Source of the DNA: Octopus sinensis
Lineage: Eukaryota
Direction: 5' to 3'
Assembly: GCF_006345805.1 (NCBI RefSeq)
Contig: NC_043013.1
Coordinates: 36,332,001-36,396,000 of the forward strand
DNA length: 64,000 nt
In this document: in pieces, positions 26,004-37,964 of the stretch
How positions within the stretch are numbered: position 1 is the stretch's first letter
Layout of the letters: every line of letters starts with the position of its first letter
Notes under the pieces: model-generated
Database searches by the model: none
What the model was told of the DNA's origin: nothing
Seen by the model: the letters and a program-made list of their open reading frames with translations, nothing else
Program-made: the position numbers and the translations under genes

Positions 26004-26248
26004 ACGGTATCAGGGCATGTATAAGTCTTGAAAAAATTACAAAAATTGATTCCAGGTATGAATGCGATAGATAAAGTGAATAAAATCGTTTTTCTTTGCA
26101 ATAGAAAAAATGTCTATCTTTATTTCTTCTTTTGCTGGTGTCTCAAATTTAGGTTAAATCAGTGTTTCTCAAAGGGGAGGCCTATGGGACGGTTGGACAA
26201 GTTGTTTTGAGAAAATTTGGTTTAAATGTTTGACAACTCAGCACCGTC
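26004..26248 (-). mobile_element. Fragment of the element at 35655-36005, inverted
   Basis: Reverse-complement match to 35662-35905. Confidence 0.85.
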
Positions 26249-26275
26249 CATTGGACAGGGGGCGTTTTGCTCGTG

Positions 26276-26309
<34 letters not shown>

Positions 26310-26324
26310 TACACACACATATAT

Positions 26325-26600
26325 GGATCAAAACAGTTTCATTCAAATTCGCTGGTACTCTGAGAGTTTCAAGCATGATGCTAATCTTCAGCCATTTTGA
26401 ACTTGAATGAAAGAAGTTGATTGTTGTTACTGTAAGGTGGGCTGCGATTGGTTGAGGAAGGTCATGTGATGTCGGGATTTGATGTTTGTATAACTGTATA
26501 TCAATGATGACAGTTAGTTGGTAAAACACCACATGGTGAACAGGAAATCGGTCAGGTTGTTGGAGGAGAGGCAGGAAGGGATGGTATGTGCAAGTATATA
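26325..26600 (-). mobile_element. Hammerhead-bearing element (same family as 9651-9800)
   Basis: Minus strand UGG-CUGAAGA-UUAGCAUCAUGCUU-GAAA-CUCUCAGAG-UA-CCA at 26394->26353. Confidence 0.7.
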
Positions 26601-26694
26601 GTTGTACATGTGGGTGTGTGGACACGCTCAAAATGGTTTTGGTTGCATGTCTGTATTGATGCGAGTGTACTTGGGCATGCACCTATATATTCTT

Positions 26695-27072
26695 TTATTT
26701 TTTTACTTGTTTCAGTCATTTGACTGTGGCCATGCTGGAGCACCACCTTTAGTCGATCAAATTGACCCCAGGACTTATTGTATCGGTCTCTTTTGCTGAA
26801 TTGCTAAGTTACATGGACGTAAGCACACCAGCATCAGTTGTCAAGTGATGGTGGGGGACAAACACACACACAAACATATACAAATATGTATGTATATATC
26901 AGGCTTCTTTCAGTTTCCATCTGCCAAATCCACTCACAAGGTTTTGTTCAGCCTGAGGCTATAGTGAAAGACACATGCCCACGGTTCACACAGTGGGATG
27001 AACCCAGAAGCATGTTGTTCGTGAGCAAGCTACTTACCACACAGCCACTCCTGTGCCTATAGTCACTCCTGC
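26695..27072 (-). mobile_element. SINE family A
   Basis: Tail, microsatellite and head; short duplication at the head end (cactcctgtgcctatagtcactcctgcacctat). Confidence 0.85.
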
Positions 27073-27083
27073 ACCTATATCTA

Positions 27084-27118
<35 letters not shown>

Positions 27119-27267
27119 ATATATATATATATATATGCACACATATATATATATATATATATAATGCTGTTGTTTTCTGCTGAGTCTAATTTTTGCTGTG
27201 AATTCATTTCATTTTTACCCCTTTTGTAATCTTGCTGCCCACTTGTAGAATTACGTCACTTATCTTT

Positions 27268-27470
27268 TATGTTTTACTTGTTTCAGACTGTGGCCATGCT
27301 GGAGCACTGCCGTGAAGAATTATTAAATCAAATGAGTCAACCCCAGGATGTATTTTTAAGCACGGTTCTTATTCCATCAGTTTCTTTTGCTGAACCACTA
27401 TTTTACAGGGATGTAAACACACCGGCACTGGTTGTCAAGTAGTGGTCGGGGACAAACACAGACACACACA
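27268..27470 (-). mobile_element. SINE family A tail fragment, degenerate
   Basis: ttttacttgtttcagactgtggccatgctggagcac. Confidence 0.7.
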
Positions 27471-27744
27471 CAGATATATTTATAAAATTGTATGTGTGTG
27501 TACAAGAATTTAATGTACCTCTATAACTTCTATATTTTTCATCTGATTTCTTTAAAAGTTTATACAAAGCTGCTTCATATCACAGACCCAAACATAGGAT
27601 ACTTAGATATTTTTAAAAATCGATATTCGGGCCTCTAGAGTGATGGGAATCTAACAGTAGATGATTCCTATTCATTTGCATTAATCAGCTGTTTTATAAT
27701 CTGTAGGGTTTTCCATACTTTTTAATCTTTTTATAAAAGTGAAA

Positions 27745-27960
27745 GGTTTTTGTCTATTTATCTATTTCCACTATCCACCAGTGACAGTAATTAAATTGAC
27801 TAGGAACATTGAACGCATACATTTCCACAATTCTCAACTGATTTTCACCAAACTTTACACACACATTACTTATGTCCCAAGGATGGTCATGCACTAAACA
27901 TTTTGCCCAGAGCTCCCACGTAAATGGTCCTAAATGGACATAGTATTTTTTGTATGTTGT
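27745..27960 (-). mobile_element. Helitron/Helentron-like non-autonomous relic
   Basis: Minus strand gtgtgtaaagtttggtgaaaatcagttgag, the same subterminal motif class as 36280-36310 and 49210-49240. Confidence 0.35.
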
Positions 27961-27984
27961 GTCTTCCATACTTCTTTAATCTGT

Positions 27985-28085
27985 TATAGTAGAAGACACT
28001 TTCCCAATGTGCCATGCAGTAGGACTGAACCCAGAACTATGTGTTTGGGAAGCAAGCATCTTACCACGCAGCCAGGCCTGCACCT
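27985..28085 (-). mobile_element. SINE family A head fragment
   Basis: gtagaagacactttcccaatgtgccatgcagtaggactgaacccagaac. Confidence 0.75.
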
Positions 28086-28528
28086 GCAATGGTTATTTTT
28101 TTCTCATCCCTGAATGTTGGTATATTAAAACAGGCCAGCACTGTTTGGGAATGCCGTGTTTGCTCTTATATTTTTTATTCCAAATATAAAGCTATATCAT
28201 CTGCCATCTCCAGAACTTTGGCAGGGTATATTCTAGCAACAGAAAAGCATTCTTCTTTTACTGCTGCAGTTGATCGTCATTAATTTTATTATCCCCTTTT
28301 ATTGTTTGGTTTTTCTAATTCTTCTGGGTATCCGGCTCTGTGGTGAGTTTTACTGCAACGAATATTACAACAAGTCTTTCTGACCCCTGCATCATTAATT
28401 TTCTACCTTTCTCTTGACATTTTGTACTGGACAAAAATCTATTTGACTCCACAGGTCACTTTTTTTTATTTAGCCCTTTTGTGACTCCTAGTTCAATGTC
28501 TTTTATTGTTAGTCATGTATTTTTTTAA

Positions 28529-28755
28529 AGCTTTAGCATTCAGGTTATTCTGTCAACTGTAACGTTCATTTATTTATTCCCGTAGTTTTTAATTAATTAT
28601 GCATCGTCACACAGTTTTTAAAATTTCAATAATGTGTTTATTTATTTTTAAAATTACATTGTGAAATAGGTGTGAGAATCCAGATCTAGCTGGTTTGAAC
28701 ATAAAACAGGTAGAATAAATGGGCTTAATGTGGGCCTGTTTAAATACTAAGGGTT
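28529..28755. mobile_element. Degenerate piggyBac-like MITE
   Basis: ttaaagctttagcatt... left end and ...aaatactaagggtt right end are loosely complementary. Confidence 0.35.
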
Positions 28756-28971
28756 TGACTTGTATACTAAATTATAAATGATCAACCATAGGTATATCTC
28801 ACAATTTCAAGGTTTCTTTGGGCAGAGTCCTCAGTTTTAAATGTACAATTGACAGTGCCATAATTTTTGCCCATTTCCTTTAAGAAAATTTCTCCCTATA
28901 TCACCTGAAGAACTTGTATAACTTGACACAGGATAAAATTCAATCTACTTCCATCCTTTTGTAAGCAGAGG

Positions 28972-29292
28972 CAGTGGTAGACTGGCCAGATTGTCAGATT
29001 GCCCATTGGCAAGTGGGCCCCTGCGCTATTAGAATCCATATATGGGGGCCCATTCTAGTATCTAAGGGGGGCCATCCTCTCAAGTTTGAGAATTTTTTAT
29101 TCACTCCTAGAAGAATGCATTAATTATTTCAGTCTGGCTGTGTTTATAAACAGTTGAAAAGAATACTTTTAACAAAAAACAAAAAAAAAAATGAAATGAT
29201 GGTATTGTAGTTGTGGTTGGGCCCCCTTGTAGTTGCAGGTAGGCCCCCTTAGTCTCCTGGCAATCAATATCTTTAGACCCAGTCCACCACAG
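28972..29292. mobile_element. hAT-like MITE with 8-bp TSD
   Basis: TIR cagtggtagactgg / ccagtccaccacag (12/14); flanks agcagagg (28964-28971) and aacagagg (29293-29300). Confidence 0.75.
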
Positions 29293-29757
29293 AACAGAGG
29301 TATGTGGTTTTTCTCTTTGCCTTCTTTTGGGTTATTTCCTTTGACATAGACATGCTGTTCAGTTTCATAATACTGTCACACCTAGATTTTTTTCTTGTCA
29401 TTGAGATTGATCTAAATCTGTTGGTTAAATTTGCATGAAACTAGGCATGGGCAACCTTTTCTGAGAAGTGTGCCACCTGAGACATGGCTCGTTATTAAGT
29501 AGCCACACAGCTCAAAAATATTCAAAACTAATTGCTTTTGTTAAACCTGCAATTCAGAAAGTCTCAGAAGTTGCATATTGCCCACAACTATATTAAAGGA
29601 CAGTTTGCCTCAACACAGCTAGCGTATGAACAGAGCCGCTGTATCTATATCCCTATAACCTAGCAGTTCAGCAAATGTGACCAATAGAATAACTAACAGG
29701 CTTTAATCATAAAAGAAAAACACACAGGCGCAGGTGGGCTGTGTGGTAAGTAGCTCG

Positions 29758-29932
29758 GAACAAATAGGGGCTGCAATATGGGTGGAGCACTTGCAAAAAA
29801 CAGCACTGCTTGGAACCAATCGAATACTCCAGAAAGTGCTCAAAAAATAAGAGGTGTTACCTTAGTTTACTGGTAGTGAACAGGTGACACTGTAGTACAT
29901 CTTCAGTGTTAGAAGCTGTGCAAAGGCAATAA
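29758..29932 (+). mobile_element. R4/Dong-type LINE 3' end
   Basis: EQIGAAIWVEHLQKTALLGTNRILQKVLKK*, 3' UTR, then (TAA)n. Confidence 0.75.
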
Positions 29933-29994
29933 CTAATAATAATAATAACAATAATAATAATAATAATAATAATAACAACAACAAAAACAAAAAT

Positions 29995-30978
29995 AATCCT
30001 TTCTACAACAGGCACAAGGCCTGAAATTTGGGGAAGGGGATAGTTGATGACATCGACCCCAGTGCTCCACTGGTACTTATTTTATCGATCACGAAAGGAT
30101 GAGAGGCAAAGTCACATAAGCACAAATCATTATTCTGAGATTCTAATAAACCTAAGAGAAGAAATGAAATTTGCTTACAGGGTGCAAACCCAATTTTTCA
30201 GGAGAACATTCAAAGCATTTTCATTACCTCACCACCACCCGAAAATTTAGGGAGTACATTGCACCTACTGCATCGGCTATTTTTGAGTCTATGTCTAATA
30301 ATTCTGCATTAAAATCCATTTTTTCCATAACCCTAATAATTCTGCCAGCTGGGATAGAAATTTCTGGAGTGGGGGGGATTAATAAAATCGCCCCAGTGAT
30401 TTACTAATACTGTGTTTTATTGACTTTGCTGGGGGTGAAAATCCATGCTGACTTAGTGGGATTTGAGCTCAGCATGTCATCCTATAAAGTTCTTTTTTTT
30501 TTGATGCTCTAACGATTCACCCAAACCAACAGAGAACAATATTCTTTTCTACTCTAGGCACAAGGCCTGAAATTTTAGGGGGGGGCAGTCGATTAGATCG
30601 ACCCCAATATGCAACTGGTACTTAATTTATTGACCCCTGAAAGGATGAAAGGCAAAGTCGACCTTGGTGGAATTTGAACTCAGAACGTAAAGAGAGACGA
30701 AATACCACTAAGGATCTCGTCCGGCATGCTGACATTTCTGTCAGCTCTCCGCCTTCGATATACGGAAAATATTCTTTTCTCCTCTAGGCACAAGGCCTGA
30801 AAGTTTTGGGGAGGGGGCCGGTCGATTAGATTGACACCAGTATACAACTGGTACTTTATTTATTGACCCCCGAAAGGATAAAAGCAAAGTTGACCATGGC
30901 AGAATTTGAAAGACAGACAAAATACCGCTAAGCATTTCGTCCTGCATGCTAATATTTCTGCCAGCTCACCACCTTCAA
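29995..30978. mobile_element. Cluster of SINE family D copies (29995-30113 -, 30335-30500 +, 30540-30765 -, 30770-30978 -)
   Basis: aggcacaaggcctgaaa... tails and cores repeated; last two in direct tandem. Confidence 0.85.
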
Positions 30979-31961
30979 GAGAGAACAATATTAATAAAGC
31001 CCTTCCACAAAGGCTGCTGGTAAGAAATCCGAAGGTCAAAGTTTAGACGTGTGAATGAATACATATATCTTAACAAACAATTCTTGAAATATGGGAGGAA
31101 AATTTGGTTCTGGCAGGAGTTTTGAAATCACAATGCTGAGAGACTCAGAAACAAAATTAAGTGCTCTTAGATATATTTTATGTGGTGTGCTCACTCAGCA
31201 AATTCCTGCAACTCTTTCCCTCCACCCAACCACCCCAACAACAACAACAACAACAACAACAGCAACAACAATAATGATAATGATAATAATAATGTTAACA
31301 ATAATAATAACTCAAAAAGAATAGAAATAAGAAGAATAATGATATCGTATGTATATGCATGTTATACTCGCATAAACCTGTCTAATAACGGATAGCATAA
31401 CAACTGCTGAAAAATTGCGATTTTATTCCGGTGTAAAAAGACACATACAACAAAACAAAAAAATCCAAAAAAAAAAAATTAATAAAAATATTATAAATAA
31501 GAAATAAAATGTAAAAATAAATTAATAAATAAAAACGAAAAATATAACTTTAAAAAAAATGTTAGTGTGAAAGAAATTTAAAGAAAAGAAAACAACAACA
31601 ACAAGAGAGACAGGGTTGCTAGCTAACAAAGAAAGAAACAAGAATGAAGGAACAGATAACAACAGCCACAACAGCATCATATATACTACTACTGCTACTA
31701 CTACTACTACTTATAATATACGCATGCGTTTTTTATTTTTTTTTCAGAAGAGATTAAATTGTTCAACCGTAGGTAGGCACAATTTGATGCAGTTTGGGTA
31801 CGTTCTATCAGGAAACATTAATATTCCAAGAATGTCTTTTAATTGTCTCTTTATCAAAGAATTGCAACTTTGTATCCCGTCTAAAAATAAAGCAAAATAA
31901 ACAAAAAAACAGCCAAAAACAAAACAATATACACATTATATGTGTATATATACATATAGAC

Positions 31962-31999
<38 letters not shown>

Positions 32000-32277
32000 A
32001 TATATGTATACACAAACATATATAAATGTATATATGTATATATATGTACATATATGTATGTATGTATAAAATTAATATATTAATTCCAAATCCACCCTCC
32101 ACAATCCCACTGACAGCCTAGCCTACCCTCACACCCCACCCAACTCTTAGCACCCATCTTCCAAACGCTGCATATAGATTCAAAGACATTCATTTTATTT
32201 TATGCTAATCTTCAAAGAAACTGCGCTTTTCTTTGTAAATTTACACATACATACATGCAGATCTGTATGTTCTTAGG

Positions 32278-32310
<33 letters not shown>

Positions 32311-32638
32311 ATGTGTGTGTGTGTGTATAAATATGTATATCTATATGTATATGCACACACATGTGCATACAGGCATACAGACCTACATACATACTTATTG
32401 ATATCTATATGTGCATATACATAGGAAAACCTCAGCATAAAAAGGAAAGTAAATTTGGTGAGAGGAAGGGGGTAATATTCTTTTTTATTTCATTAATATG
32501 ATGTTTTGTTTTTGTAGATTTATTTTCTTGCTCTATGTATTTTTTTTTTTTTTACATATAATTCCATATTAATTTGCTAGACAGAACCATTCTTGCTGTA
32601 TATTATACTTTTAAAAAAATGATCATTATTATTATTAC

Positions 32639-32674
<36 letters not shown>

Positions 32675-33308
32675 CATTATTATTATTATTGTTATTATTA
32701 TCATTACTTTTTTTGCGATGATATAAGTAATTTGCATTCATAGATTAATGAAAAATACAAAAAAAACAACAAAAAACAAAACAAAAATAACTCCCCCTAC
32801 CCTTCTCACTAAAAATACACACACAAAAGAATCTAAAAAAAAAATGATGAAAAAACATACCGAAAAAATCCAAAAGATGAAATTCCTAAGTGGTTGGCTG
32901 AAGAATTAATGTGGCAGTTAGTTAATTTGTTCGTTAGTATACTTAGTAAGTTCTTTAGTGGCAGCAAGCGTAAAAGACTTTCATCTTAACTACAGCAGAT
33001 GTGGTGGTGGTGGTGTTGGTGTTGGTGGTGTGAGTGGTGGAGGACGAGGTCTGTGATAATGATAGTTAATGTCAGTGGTGTTGTTGGTGGTGGTGATTGA
33101 TGGCAGCAGCAGCAGCAGCAGCAGCAGCAACAACATTGACATACATGCCAAACATTAACTGAACACTTACTTATCTTGCAAAGTAATGCAGCAGAGTTTA
33201 AATTTTTAATTAATTTACTTACTCCTCATCTGCGCCCCTCTAGCTCCTTCTCCCCACCCCTATCACCCTCTGTCGATGTTTTTCACAACTTCTCTTTCTC
33301 TCTCTCTC

Positions 33309-33358
<50 letters not shown>

Positions 33359-34563
33359 AATAGATAGGTACATACATATGTACATATATACATATATATA
33401 GGCATATACATATGTGCATGTATATATATATATATTATATATATGTATATGTATTTGCTCTTTCGTCATTCTCTCACTCTCTAGACAGAGATCAAGAACA
33501 AGCAAAATTGTTGACCCAGAAATCTCAGAAGCTAATCTTTATTTCTTACATTTTCCATCAACCCACCAACCTACCAACCAACCATCCATCCATCCATCCA
33601 TCCATCCATCCATCCATCCATCCAACCAACCAGCCAACCGACCAGCCGACCAGCCGACTCATCATTCCGCCCACCAACCAACTCACCGCCCATTACCTTC
33701 CCTTCCAAAATGCAGCCATTACCAACTTTACAAGTTCCTTCGGCTTATGATCTTTCCGAGTAGTTTGATGAGAAGAATGCCAACTTGTCACGCAGGAAGG
33801 TCGTTGATTATTTCTCTCTCGTTCAATAAAACTTAATCCTAATCCTGGATTAACATGGCGGGATCCACAACCCATTCTTATAAGAGATCGATATATTCAT
33901 TCAAATTATATTGCTATTCTAATCGAGTTCTTAATTTATGCGATATTTATATCTATAGACTTATGATATTGGATAATGGTTTGACGGTAGAATGCATTGG
34001 CTTAACCTGTTTGTTCTTTGACCTGTATGATCTCTGCTCTAGCAGAAAGTAGAAACATCCAGTTTAGGAATTTTGGTAGAAGATTTCAAAGAACACCTAT
34101 TATTAAAGCTTGCAGCAGCCAAATGCTATTAAAGAGCAGAATAATTCACCAATTCCAAAAGAGTTTCTGAATTCCAGATTTGTTCAAATGTCTTCTAAGT
34201 AAGTCTAATTGAAAATCATGACAAGACCAGTGCTTGTGATACAACATAACACAGTAAACTCTAATGTGGAAAAATGGTTGAGTAGTTATAATGTTTAGGT
34301 TGCAATCATCATGTTTTTGGTTCAATTTTGCTGTGTTGTATCTTGGGTTAGACAAATACATTGTCGAAGCATTTGGTTTAGAGTAGGATGCTCTTCCTGT
34401 CACTAAGCAGACCCCTATTTTTTGAGTAATGGTTCTCTTATGTCAAATGTCTTTGAAAGAATGAAGTAGTTTAGATGATTTGTTGAAGGGGAAAAGTAAG
34501 AACAACGACACTATATGCAATGAGTAACTTTCATGGAGCCTGGATGTTAACAAACACACACAT

Positions 34564-34612
<49 letters not shown>

Positions 34613-34746
34613 TACATACACACATGTCATACACATGGAGACAAGTACTCATGTCCCATGTGGCAGGGTTGATAATTGCTGAGAATTCTCAGCATGAAAC
34701 GAATAGTAGCCTTATTAACCTAGAAATAAAGAATATTTATCCACCA

Positions 34747-34779
<33 letters not shown>

Positions 34780-35299
34780 CACACATACACATATACATAT
34801 ACGTATATATATATATATTTGGTAACAACGTATTCTCTCTTCTAATTAAATATTGAAAAAGAGAGAAAATGCCACCCTCTCTTTTGCTAGAGAAATTAAT
34901 TTTGGTGGTAAGGACTAAACTCCTTGCTACATTATCACAATTAAAATGTGTTTATCCTTACTTTAAAAAAGTGGTAGGGGTCGTAGATGTATGACGTAGA
35001 ATTATTCAATATCATGTTTGCTTCTATGAGAATCATTTACCTTTAAAATGGAAAAACCAAACCAATGTATACAACAGGTATGTAAAACATATTTCTATTT
35101 ACTTTCTCTGTTCATTTGCATAAGCTGTAGAAATTATTTTATGCATGCACACACAAACACAGAAAATTTTCAGACATTTAGCTGTTATTTTTAGCAGCTC
35201 ATTTTCAGTTTTAGACAACAGGATGGGGTGGTGTGGGGTATGTGGATCAATTTTGGAGGTCTTCATAGAAAATTTTAAATAAGATCTATTTTTTCCTAT

Positions 35300-36386
35300 T
35301 CTTAATCTCCCTATTTACCCCATAGATTGTGAAAAAGAAAAATTTGAAAAAAGTTAAAAGTTTAAAATTTGGTGGGGAGTGGGGAATTTAAAATTTTGAA
35401 AACATGGTTTTTGCATATTGGGAACCTCTATATAGAAAACAGGAATCTGCCGAAAATAAAAATTGGAAGGGTTGTATGGGGGTGGGCTATAGCCCCTATA
35501 TGGGTAGGAGCCAAAATTTGACCCCCTAGGATATTCCCTGTGTACAAAAAAACCTCCATGCCAAATTTGGTACAGGCTGATCCAGCAGTTTGGCTGTGCA
35601 CACAGGAAACACACACACACAAAGCGAATTATATATATATATATATATATACGAGAAAATAGACGGTGCTGAGTTGTCAAACATTTAAATCAAATTTTCT
35701 CAAAACAACTTATCCGACCGTCCCATAGACCTCCCCTTTGAGAAACACTGATTTAACCTAAATTTGACATACCAGCAAAAGAAGAAATAAAGATAGACTT
35801 TTTTCTTTTCCAAAGAAAAACGATTTTATTTTCTTTATCGATCGCATTCTCACCTGGAATCGATTTTTGTAATTTTTTCAAGACTTATACATGCCCTGAT
35901 ACCGTCAGTATCTATATATCAAACTTGAGCGCAATCGGACGGAGGATGCCCGAGATCCTAGAAGACACACTCACAGAGACAGACAGAATGGGTTTTATAT
36001 AATAGACTAGCAGTATCGCCCGGCGTTGCTCAGATTTGTAAGGGAAATAACTATAAAGCATTTTTAGAGAGTTATAGCCAAAAAATAGCAAAACTATGGA
36101 AAAAATGATGGTAAATTTTTTTTTGAGATTTAAAAAAGGTGGAGTTGCGTCCCCTAGACAGTTTGTGGTTCGTGTTTATGATTCTCGACCCCATGTCGAA
36201 TTTATCGATTTTTTCAGAACTGGGGGAACTTTTCAAAATTTTCACTGCGTTAGTTTTGAATTATGACATTGGGCTATGTGTGTGTCAAGTTTCATCAGAA
36301 TCGGTTGAAAGCCGTGGTCAGGGTGAGGGTACAAGCAAACAGACACACAGAAACACGCACAGACAAACTGCCGTTTATATAGAGAT
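35300..36386 (+). mobile_element. Three adjacent Helitron-like (Lep1/DINE-type) non-autonomous elements
   Basis: Three similar 3' modules: caaatttggtacaggctgatccagcagtttggc+(CA)n; caaacttgagcgcaatcggacgg+gacagacag; caagtttcatcagaatcggttgaaagccg+cagacacacag. The third begins actagcagtatcgcccggcgttgc (36006). Confidence 0.55.
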
Positions 36387-36400
36387 ATATATATATATAT

Positions 36401-37096
36401 AAAATTAAATAATAAGGGTAGAAATTAATATTAATCAATTAAAACCAGTGGCTTAGCATATTTAAAGAATCCGAAGATTAAAAATTGTGTTACATACAAA
36501 ATTAAGAGGAATGACCACTAAAGTGGACACCTAATATGCTAAACATAGATGTCAAATCGCCATTACCACGAAGAGTGTGTTCTCAAGAAAAATCTCAGCT
36601 AAACGCCAAAATGTAAAAATGAGCAAGACAAATGAAAATACACAAAATAAAAAACGATTACCTACATACCATGGTGTCACTTATCAATATCTACGTATGC
36701 AAAGACGCAGATATCTGCAAGATCGTCAGCGTAGTCTGTCACTTAAAAAAAACACAATTTCCAGAACTAGATACGGAACGCTCAACCGAAATCGAGCATG
36801 TATAAAGTTCTACAAATTATATTTGGGTGTATCTTTCAAATGTCTTCACTTTGGCTCGCTGACGCCGGAAATTACGCTGCAGCTAATAAATTTCAGCAGC
36901 CGATTTACCAGTTAGAGAACGTTTTTTATTTAAAATTAAATAATAAGGGTAGAAATTGATATTAATCAATTAAAACCAGTGGCTTAGCATATTCAAAAAT
37001 TTTTTCTTCAGAACACACACTTCGTGGTAATGGCGATTTGACGTCTATGTTTAGCAAATTAGGTGTCCACTTTAGTGGTCATTCCTCTTAATTTTG
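36401..37096. mobile_element. Microsatellite-embedded element with 60-bp direct and about 90-bp inverted repeats
   Basis: 36401-36461 matches 36932-36992 (direct); 36498-36586 is the reverse complement of about 37009-37096 with about 3 mismatches. Confidence 0.8.
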
Positions 37097-37123
37097 GTTT
37101 GTGTGTGTGTATGTATATATATA

Positions 37124-37192
<69 letters not shown>

Positions 37193-37384
37193 TATACGTA
37201 TATATATGTGTATGTATATAAATATGTATATATATATATGTGTATGTATATAAATATGTATATATATATATATTGTGTATGTATATAAAAGTATGTATTA
37301 TTTATATATATATATATATATATATATGTGTATGTATGTATGTATGTATGTATGTATATATGTTGTATTATATAAATATATATA

Positions 37385-37669
37385 TTGTTGTATTAGGAAT
37401 GGTCATGTTGCCATTTCAGCCAATAAAAATACACGCACTATATATTTGGTGTTTATTTGCTTCAGCTTTATTTTGATCGTTAGTAAGGAGAGCCACACAA
37501 ATAAGAAAGAAGAAAACAAAGGACCACTGATGAGGTCACAGAAGTGTGACGAAAGAACTCTGGCTGAAATAAGATTAAGATTAATGTAAAAAATAAAGCT
37601 GAAGCAAATATATAGTGCGTGTGTTTTTATTGGCTAAACTGGCAACATGACCATTCCTAAATACAACAA
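37385..37669. mobile_element. Fold-back element (about 85-bp arms) enclosing a hammerhead motif
   Basis: Arms 37385-37474 and 37588-37669 inverted; a further arm fragment at about 52893-52931. Confidence 0.8.
37522..37565 (+). ncRNA. Candidate minimal type I hammerhead ribozyme, core intact
   Basis: CCA-CUGAUGA-G-GUCACA-GAAG-UGUGAC-GAAA-GAAC-UC-UGG: helix I CCA/UGG, 6-bp helix II, 2-bp helix III, predicted cleavage after C37560. Confidence 0.6.
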
Positions 37670-37715
37670 TATCTGTTTCAACACACGATTTCACATCAAG
37701 AATCATGCAAAACAA

Positions 37716-37750
<35 letters not shown>

Positions 37751-37900
37751 TGTATGTATGTACGTATGTATTATGTATGGGTATGTTGTATGTATGTATG
37801 TATGTATGTAGTGTAGTATGTACGTATGTATGTATATATGTATGTATGTATATATGTATGTATGTACGTACGTATGTATGTATGTATGTATGTATATGTG

Positions 37901-37940
<40 letters not shown>

Positions 37941-37964
37941 ATATACTATATATAAAATGTATGA

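Noticed and set aside
29442-29590. hAT/Charlie-like MITE
   Set aside because: TIR only 10/13 and no matching TSD.
34043-34198. Plus-strand exon between cag| and |gtaagt
   Set aside because: Stops in all three frames.
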